Shown: positions 47,840 through 54,160 of the stretch, piece after piece | Layout: every line of letters starts with the position of its first letter | Position numbering within the stretch: position 1 is the first letter of the stretch | Source of the DNA: Candidatus Kaiserbacteria bacterium | GTDB taxonomy: Bacteria > Patescibacteriota > Minisyncoccia > Phycocordibacterales > UBA2100 | Assembly: GCA_016217935.1 (NCBI GenBank) | Contig: JACRFJ010000021.1 | Span: 1 to 54,160, forward strand | Length of the DNA stretch: 54,160 nt | Direction: 5' to 3' | The notes under the pieces: model-generated | Database searches by the model: none | Told to the model about the DNA's origin: nothing | What the model saw: the letters and a program-made list of their open reading frames with translations, nothing else | Position numbers and translations under genes: made by a program

Positions 47840-48880
47840 TCACGAATCGATGATTCCTCCACCCACACAGCGATCTCCCTCATATAAAACGAGTGACTGT
47901 CCTCGTGAAAAGAGGCGCGGTTTGTCGACAACTACCGCGTAGGTATCTCCCTCTTTTTGTACACGCGCTAGAAACTTCTCCCCGTGATATCGCGCCTGCG
48001 CAACGTATTCTTTATTTTTTTTCGGTTCGCTATTCACCCAATGTGCGTCGCACATGCGGATACTCGATTGCAATGCAGTACTCAAATCATCATCGATAGT
48101 GATTGCGTTGCGCTTCGCGTGTATGCCTACGACATACAACGCTTTTTCCGCAGATCTGACCCGAAACCCGTGTCGCTGCCCGATCGTAAAGGCAAGAGCG
48201 CCATCGTGCTCTCCCACCACTTCGCCGTTCGTATCCAGTACGTCGCCACGTTCCATTCGCACGAAGCGCGAGAGAAAGTCGGGAATACTCACATCTCCGA
48301 CGAAACAGAGTCCTTGAGAATCTCGTTTGGCTGCCACTCTGAGACCAAACGCTACAGCACGAGCACGTATCTCTTTTTTTGCATAGCTGCCGACGGGAAA
48401 GATGCTACGGGCAAGATCATTCTCTCGTATTCGATAGAGGAAATAAGACTGATCCTTTTCGATATCCACTCCACGATGCAACGAACATGTTCCTCCTCGC
48501 TCTACAACACGTACATAGTGTCCTGTGGCAATGTGATCTGCTCCTTCTTGGATCGCCCAATCAAAGAATGAGCCGAATTTTATTTTTTCATTGCAGAGCA
48601 CATCGGGATTCGGGGTTATCCCCGCTTTGTAGTCGCGAATCATCGTGTCGATGACTTCGCGCTTGTAGTCATCTGAAAGATCGACTTCGCGAAATGGGAT
48701 ACCGAGGTGTGCCGCAACCCGCATCGCGTCGAGCCGATCCTCACGCCATGTGCATTCAATAAATTCTGGTTGCCAAATTTTAATGAACACTCCAGTCACC
48801 TCGTGATTTTGTTCTTTGAGAAGAGCCGCTGAGACAGCGCTATCTACTCCACCGGAGAGCCCGACATACACACGCGCCAT
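47840..48880 (-). CDS. mnmA: tRNA 2-thiouridine(34) synthase MnmA
   Basis: GLSGGVDS, TPNPDVLCN..IKF, ATGHY, KDQSYFL, DSQGLCF. Confidence 0.97.
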   Translation of the reverse strand: MARVYVGLSGGVDSAVSAALLKEQNHEVTGVFIKIWQPEFIECTWREDRLDAMRVAAHLGIPFREVDLSDDYKREVIDTMIRDYKAGITPNPDVLCNEKIKFGSFFDWAIQEGADHIATGHYVRVVERGGTCSLHRGVDIEKDQSYFLYRIRENDLARSIFPVGSYAKKEIRARAVAFGLRVAAKRDSQGLCFVGDVSIPDFLSRFVRMERGDVLDTNGEVVGEHDGALAFTIGQRHGFRVRSAEKALYVVGIHAKRNAITIDDDLSTALQSSIRMCDAHWVNSEPKKNKEYVAQARYHGEKFLARVQKEGDTYAVVVDKPRLFSRGQSLVLYEGDRCVGGGIIDS

Positions 48881-48910
48881 CGGCACAGTGTATGTTTCGT
48901 GCGAGAAGTA

Positions 48911-49945
48911 TCAAGTTCCAAGGTAGATTCTTTTCTTGCGTAAATGTTCTTCGTACGTCTTGCTGTAGTGTGTGACGCCTGAACGATCGGCAAGGTAAAA
49001 AAGGTAAGAGCTGGGAATAGGGTCCGCTGCAGCTTTGATGGAATCGAGTGAGGGCGAACCGATGGGGCCAGGTGGCAAACCTTTATTGGTATACGTGTTG
49101 TAGGGAGAATCGGTCGTGAGGTCTTTTACCGTGAGTTGGAATGTGCTTTTCCCAATTGTGTAGAGAAAGGTCGCATCGACCTGAAGCGCCATATGACGGT
49201 CGATTCGATTCCAAAGGACGCCAGCGATTCTGCGACGATCTTCCGAAATTCGCGCTTCACGTTCAAGAATCGAAGCCATGATGACAACGTCGTGGAAACT
49301 GCGCTTCGATTTTCGCCCTGTTGTCGCGATGTCTCCCACCTGCACGTCAAAATTCTGTCGCATTGCTTCTATCACTGTTTCTTCAGTTGCATTCGGCATA
49401 AAGAAGTACGTGTCCGGAAAAAGGTATCCTTCCTGCGGCTGCGCGAGAGCGAGGAAGTGTTCGGGATTAAATCGTTCGAGCTGGCTTTTGAAAATGATTG
49501 CCATAGAGCGCGTCGTGGCGCCTTCGGGAATCCTGATGCGCGAAGGCTCCAACCCAAACGCTCCCTTCGAAATTGAGCGGGCAACGGTGAGTATATCTTT
49601 CGGCTCCTTAAAGAGGTAGTCTCCTGCATGTACGGAGCGTTCGCTGCCGGTGAGAATTGTAATAGCACGAAATACGAGCGTCGATCGGATGACCCCATCT
49701 TGCTTGAGTTTGTTTGCAACCGCTGTAAGTGAAAAGCCGGAAGGAACGCTCACGAGCTGGTCAACGGGAAAGGCCTCCGGCGGACGGATAATAAAGAGGT
49801 ACGAAAGCGTTGCAGTAGCCCCAAAGAGGATCGCAATGATTATCGTCCTTCTATTGGTGTGCTCGCGCCAGCGTTCGGAGAGCTCGCCTTGGAGCCTATC
49901 CGAAGCGTCAAAAAATCGTCGAAGTTCCTCGATAAACTTCTGCAT
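48911..49945 (-). CDS. mltG: Endolytic transglycosylase MltG
   Basis: TM anchor, IPEG, EGYLFPDTY, ASILEREA, LQVDAT, SPYNTY...GLPPGPI. Confidence 0.95.
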   Translation of the reverse strand: MQKFIEELRRFFDASDRLQGELSERWREHTNRRTIIIAILFGATATLSYLFIIRPPEAFPVDQLVSVPSGFSLTAVANKLKQDGVIRSTLVFRAITILTGSERSVHAGDYLFKEPKDILTVARSISKGAFGLEPSRIRIPEGATTRSMAIIFKSQLERFNPEHFLALAQPQEGYLFPDTYFFMPNATEETVIEAMRQNFDVQVGDIATTGRKSKRSFHDVVIMASILEREARISEDRRRIAGVLWNRIDRHMALQVDATFLYTIGKSTFQLTVKDLTTDSPYNTYTNKGLPPGPIGSPSLDSIKAAADPIPSSYLFYLADRSGVTHYSKTYEEHLRKKRIYLGT

Positions 49946-49951
49946 ACCAAT

Positions 49952-51376
49952 TTAACGTGGGAGATTCGCTGGCGGCTCTGCCTTGGTCGCGGGGATTCGC
50001 TCGATGCCCGGCGTTTTGATGGTGCTTGATATTGGACGCCAAATCGATGCGAGCACCTCGTTGGTCAAAATGTTGGTCGGGAGAATCCACGGCGAATGGT
50101 AGAAAAGGCGCCGTCGATACGCATCGTGTACGCGCCTTGTCTGATTTGTCCACCGCAAACCGTGAAAATCCTGCCACGGGTAGTCGAAGTCGCAGTGCCA
50201 GCGGCGTGGCCGCAGGTGCGTCGCGTACTGCGGATTACCAAATGCTCGCCAAATCCAACGAAAACCAGTGAAGGTCGGCCCATGCAGCTCTTTCTCTGTC
50301 CAATAGATACCGCGGGTACCTACCTCGAATGGATATTTACCCAAGTTTCGTTCCATCGATTGAATCATCTGCTGATGCTTCCACGACGGACGTGCTTGAC
50401 CCCGAATTGGAGATGGATCATCGACGGACTCGCCCATATCTTCCAAGACAGCCTCTGCAACATCTTTCGGCACTGTCGCACTTTGAGCACGCAACTTGTT
50501 GACTTCTTTTTCTACCATATCTTTCCAGAGATTGTCTTGCTCTTGTGTTTTCAGAATTCCTCCGATCTTCCCGCATTTGCGAATGATGATCTGAATCCAC
50601 AACTGCTCGTACGGTTTGATGTTGCTCATGAATTCAAGCACCTGTGCGAGTGGGTCTACCTTGAATTCTTCTTTCGGATCTTTATCGAGTTCGAAATCGA
50701 CATAGGTACGGATCGGGTATGCGTTGATCTTGAATGTCCAGTTGAGTCCCTTGATGTAACTCATGAGCGGCCATTCAACTCCCCAGCAGTTGTGTTTATC
50801 GGGATCAAATTGGAATTTCGAAGCATAATCTTCGACTTCGACGATTTCTACTTCCGGATACTGCGCATACATCGTGCCTTCAACCGTATTTTTGTAGTTA
50901 TTCCAGCACCATATGTAGAAGTGAATCTCCCCGCCAAACGACGCGATCTCAAAAGAGAAGAACGGGCGTACTTGACCTTTCCATCCGCGATGAATAAACG
51001 TCGTTTCGCCCGATGAGAGGTTGAACGCAGTGTATACGAGCTCCATCGCGCGTGGAGATTTCGTAATTTCGCGGGGCATTTTGACCTCAAGCAGAATCGG
51101 CTTACGACCAGAGAGATAGAGCGACTGAATGTACCACACCCACGTCATCCAACCTGCAATCCACAGTGCCGCAGGGAGCCAAATCGGAGCAGTCCCCACC
51201 ATCCAATTAAAGGTGAAGAGCCAGAGATTTGGGACCATCTCGCTCAAAACAAAAAAGAGTCCGATGTAGAGGAGCCATAGCATGAGGGCACGAGAGAGTC
51301 CCCAATCGCCCATCCACTCGACCCATTCATCGAGATCCGTCCACTCATACAAAAGACCATGACCACCGTGAGCCAT
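49952..51376 (-). CDS. Conserved membrane-anchored hypothetical protein resembling the N-terminal region of CPR VirD4/TraD-like ATPases
   Basis: LLEVKMPRE..KSP.AME, FSFEIAS....IHFY, YAQYPEVEI.EVEDY, YPIRTY, DPL, WIQIII. No Walker A motif. Confidence 0.65.
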   Translation of the reverse strand: MAHGGHGLLYEWTDLDEWVEWMGDWGLSRALMLWLLYIGLFFVLSEMVPNLWLFTFNWMVGTAPIWLPAALWIAGWMTWVWYIQSLYLSGRKPILLEVKMPREITKSPRAMELVYTAFNLSSGETTFIHRGWKGQVRPFFSFEIASFGGEIHFYIWCWNNYKNTVEGTMYAQYPEVEIVEVEDYASKFQFDPDKHNCWGVEWPLMSYIKGLNWTFKINAYPIRTYVDFELDKDPKEEFKVDPLAQVLEFMSNIKPYEQLWIQIIIRKCGKIGGILKTQEQDNLWKDMVEKEVNKLRAQSATVPKDVAEAVLEDMGESVDDPSPIRGQARPSWKHQQMIQSMERNLGKYPFEVGTRGIYWTEKELHGPTFTGFRWIWRAFGNPQYATHLRPRRWHCDFDYPWQDFHGLRWTNQTRRVHDAYRRRLFYHSPWILPTNILTNEVLASIWRPISSTIKTPGIERIPATKAEPPANLPR

Positions 51377-51415
51377 GGCGCAATTATATCACTCGCGAGA
51401 GTGCGGTTTGAGGGA

Positions 51416-52438
51416 TTATTTCGCGAGTGTGTAGCGGCCGTCCGTAAGTCGCGTGAACATATTATTCTGCAGATTGACGGCGATGGTGGCGTCTTTCACA
51501 TACCGCTCGCGCTTCACGCGTTCGACGATATCTTCTCGCGAGAGCGGCCCCTCGCGATCCAAAATACCCTTGATGACATCTCGCACGACACCCGGTTCAT
51601 AGCCCCACTCTTTGAGCGCATAGAGGCCGCGACCGACGAGCACAAAGCGACTGTCCTTGATGAGTTCGTTGTGCGTCGTTGCTGGATGCGTTTCGCGTCC
51701 AAAGAGTTTCTCAATGCCCTTGGCGACCTCTGTGAAATGCATCGGAGAGCCGTGGCGCTTGAGTGTGAGGTACGCAAAATCTCGTGTGTTTTTGATCCGC
51801 ACATGCGGAGATTCAACGCGACCCCATTCGCCAAGCGGATTACGACCGATGCGCTTCGAGATCTGCAGCCAGCGAGAGAGTACTTCGTCAGGGCGATTTT
51901 TTACTCCTTGCTGCTTCAGGTGTTTTGAAAAAAGCTGGAGAAACTCTTCTTCGGGTGTAAGACGATTGCCCTCGAGCGATTCGTAGAGCGCGGTGAGTGC
52001 CTGTTCGATCTGCTCCATGAGCTGGTCGTCAACGTGCCAACGTGCCTTGAAGTCGTTGCTTTCGCGCTCCTGATCGAAATGATGGGCCACGGTGAGTATA
52101 AAGACGATGTGGTTGCGATCCAGCGTATTCTTAGCGAGATGATCGAGTACAGTATGTTCTGCAAGTGCACCGCCAAGCGCGACAAAAACGCGTTTCATTT
52201 CATCAAGCGTCGACGTATGACGCTGGTACGCGTCCGAATCCCGCACTGCAGAAATACCATGATTTTCGATCTGGCGAATGCGCTCGCGCGTGATCCCGTA
52301 CTCCTGTCCAATCGCATCGAGCGTGCGACTTTCGCCCTTCTGCGAGAGTCCAAAACGATCAATAAGAACCTTCCGGGATCGGTCCGGAAGCTCAGAAAGC
52401 AGGTCTTTTGATACGTTTTTTGGTGAGAATGAGAGCAT
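51416..52438 (-). CDS. Sigma-70 region 4 HTH protein with C-terminal winged-helix domains (not a complete sigma factor)
   Basis: RFGL....RTLDAIGQEYGITRERIRQIE, plus C-terminal PMHFTEVA..I and THNELIKDSRFVLVGRGLYALKEWG. Confidence 0.82.
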   Translation of the reverse strand: MLSFSPKNVSKDLLSELPDRSRKVLIDRFGLSQKGESRTLDAIGQEYGITRERIRQIENHGISAVRDSDAYQRHTSTLDEMKRVFVALGGALAEHTVLDHLAKNTLDRNHIVFILTVAHHFDQERESNDFKARWHVDDQLMEQIEQALTALYESLEGNRLTPEEEFLQLFSKHLKQQGVKNRPDEVLSRWLQISKRIGRNPLGEWGRVESPHVRIKNTRDFAYLTLKRHGSPMHFTEVAKGIEKLFGRETHPATTHNELIKDSRFVLVGRGLYALKEWGYEPGVVRDVIKGILDREGPLSREDIVERVKRERYVKDATIAVNLQNNMFTRLTDGRYTLAK

Positions 52439-52614
52439 ATGCACTCTTTGGTGGCTCAGGCACTGGTTATTTGACCTATTTCAATTCCTGTGGTTTACGT
52501 TGTATCAAATATAAGAGACAGAGTCAAGTGGAGCCCGACTTGTCCACACAAAAAACACATCTCCGGATGATCTTGATGGTTTCTGAACACAGCCACTCCA
52601 TGTAGAATCAGAGT

Positions 52615-54006
52615 ATGGTGAAGACTTCTCTCAGTGCTCGGGTGCCTCCACAGGATCTAGACATGGAGCGCGCACTTCTCGGCGCGATACTCATCAATCA
52701 GGGTGCCATGTACGAGGTCGCGGACGTCGTCGGCGTTGACTCTTTCTACGCGGGCAAGCACCGAACGATTTACGACGCGATGCTCTCTCTGTACACCAAA
52801 GGTGAGCCAATAGACGTGGTAACGCTTTCTGCAAAATTGAAAGAACGGAAGCAACTCCAGGATATCGGCGGTAGTGCGTACCTCGGAGAACTAACCAATG
52901 CGGCAGCTTCGCCGGGAAGCGCGCGGCATTATGCGCAGGGAGTGCAGACTAAATTCGTGCTGCGCTCACTCATCGATGCCGCATCGAAAATTGGCGAACT
53001 TGGTTTTCAGGAAGATCGCGATATAGAACAAATCCTCGATGAGGCGCAGTCAGCGATTTTCAATGTGTCGAATGCACCGATGCTCCAGAGCTTTACTGCG
53101 ATCAAAGACGAGCTCACCGAAGCATGGGAGCGTCTCGAACATCTCCAGAAACACCAGGGAGCCATGCGAGGGATTCCGACTGGTTTTGTCCAACTTGATA
53201 ATTTACTTGCCGGACTTCAAAAATCCGACCTCATCATCCTCGCGGCGCGGCCAAGCATGGGTAAGTCGGCGCTCGCACTCGATATCGCACGTCAGACCGC
53301 GACGAAGCACAAAACGCCCGTCGGTATTTTTACGCTGGAAATGAGTTCGCAGCAGATGGTAGATCGTATGCTCGCCGCGCAAGCGGGAGTTAATTCTTGG
53401 CGGCTACGCACAGGCAAGATTTCAAAGGATGACGAATACGAACGCCTTCAGGAAGGCATCGCTACACTCTCGGAGGCACCGATCTACATCGACGACAAAC
53501 CGAGCTCGACCGTGATGTCGATGCGCTCGGTCGCGAGGCGATTGAAAATGGAGAAGGATCTCGGCCTCGTCATCATCGACTATCTCCAGCTCATAACCCC
53601 GACCAACGCGCGCGCGACTGATTCGATGGTCCAGCAAGTGACAGAGATCTCGCGATCGCTGAAAGCGATGGCACGCGAGCTCGATGTGCCAGTGCTTGCG
53701 CTCTCGCAGCTCTCTCGTGCAGTCGAACAGCGTCGTGGTCGTCCGCGTCTTTCCGACCTGCGCGATTCGGGATCGATCGAGCAGGACGCAGACGTGGTGA
53801 TGTTTATTCATCGCGAAGACAAGATGAATGACAACCAGGATCGACCGGGTATCGCGGAGATCCTCGTCGAGAAACACAGGAATGGTCCTGTCGGAAAAGT
53901 GGAACTTCGTTTTGACGAAGAAAAGACAACGTTCCTATCGATCGACAAGAGTGACTTCGGTGATTTCACGCCGGAAACCCAAGTGGAAGAAACAGCGCCA
54001 TTTTAA
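52615..54006 (+). CDS. dnaB: Replicative DNA helicase
   Basis: AARPSMGKS, LEMS, IDYLQL, LSQLSR, DLRDSGSIEQDAD, KHRNGP. No intein. Confidence 0.98.
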   Translation: MVKTSLSARVPPQDLDMERALLGAILINQGAMYEVADVVGVDSFYAGKHRTIYDAMLSLYTKGEPIDVVTLSAKLKERKQLQDIGGSAYLGELTNAAASPGSARHYAQGVQTKFVLRSLIDAASKIGELGFQEDRDIEQILDEAQSAIFNVSNAPMLQSFTAIKDELTEAWERLEHLQKHQGAMRGIPTGFVQLDNLLAGLQKSDLIILAARPSMGKSALALDIARQTATKHKTPVGIFTLEMSSQQMVDRMLAAQAGVNSWRLRTGKISKDDEYERLQEGIATLSEAPIYIDDKPSSTVMSMRSVARRLKMEKDLGLVIIDYLQLITPTNARATDSMVQQVTEISRSLKAMARELDVPVLALSQLSRAVEQRRGRPRLSDLRDSGSIEQDADVVMFIHREDKMNDNQDRPGIAEILVEKHRNGPVGKVELRFDEEKTTFLSIDKSDFGDFTPETQVEETAPF

Positions 54007-54095
54007 GCAGATCGTAATAGGTCGCTCGTAGATCGTGGCGCAGATCTTTGATTCGCATTACTACGTCCTACGTTCTACAATCTACGAACTGTCTC
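54007..54095. repeat. Two opposed arrays of degenerate 7-nt repeats
   Basis: gcagatc gtaatag gtcgctc gtagatc gtggcgc (54007-54041) and ctacgtc ctacgtt ctacaat ctacgaa ctgtctc (54061-54095). Confidence 0.6.
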
Positions 54096-54096
54096 T

Positions 54097-54160
54097 ATGG
54101 ATCCTATCGAGCGTCTTTCATCGCTATTTGAAAAGTTTCCCGGCATCGGCCCACGCCAAG
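54097..54160 (+). CDS. recR: Recombination mediator RecR, 3' end outside the window
   Basis: MDPIERLSSLFEKFPGIGPRQ matches the RecR N-terminal helix-hairpin-helix. Confidence 0.85.
   Translation, partial: MDPIERLSSLFEKFPGIGPRQ

Noticed and set aside
17333-47931. N-terminal extensions in the ORF track for gltX, grpE, rplM, the MgtC gene and gene 47368
   Set aside because: They overlap neighbouring genes or intergenic signals. Homology and the -10 spacing point to downstream ATGs.
2208-51016. Other long antisense ORFs (2208-3083, 6761-7696, 46628-47383, 50096-51016 and similar)
   Set aside because: Each overlaps a better-supported gene on the opposite strand and has no recognisable motifs.
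1-54160. Alternative genetic code (UGA=Gly)
   Set aside because: TGA ends ychF, cysS, aspS and other genes at the expected positions, and core genes have no internal TGA.

Overview
This window looks like chromosome from a reduced-genome Candidate Phyla Radiation bacterium, most consistent with Parcubacteria. The inference rests on a short AlaRS without the C-Ala domain, an archaeal-type AspRS, several CPR-typical conserved proteins, the presence of rpL9 and the standard genetic code. It is mostly housekeeping: six aminoacyl-tRNA synthetases (leuS, cysS, gltX, aspS, trpS, alaS), a cell-wall/segregation block (scpA-scpB-DD-carboxypeptidase-mraY-ftsW-murG), grpE-dnaK-dnaJ, the infA-rpmJ-rpsM-rpsK-rpsD-rpoA-rplQ-rplM-rpsI block, DNA repair genes, mnmA, mltG, dnaB, and partial ychF and recR at the ends. 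I found no rRNA, tRNA, CRISPR array, integrase or transposase. The main points of interest are: (1) an accessory block at 25.4-28.9 kb pairing a heme-oxygenase-like diiron enzyme with a 7TM sensor histidine kinase and a membrane protein, a candidate signal-synthase/receptor module; (2) a TANNNT -10 box 6-9 nt before the start codon of about 20 genes, suggesting pervasive leaderless transcription; (3) a 600-bp ORF-free region with three terminator-ended structured RNA candidates; (4) a Nudix domain inserted in LeuRS; (5) a rearranged zone after ychF with gene-tail relics and REP-like palindromes; (6) recurrent intergenic 7-nt-period repeats. All family assignments come from reading motifs by eye, not from database searches.
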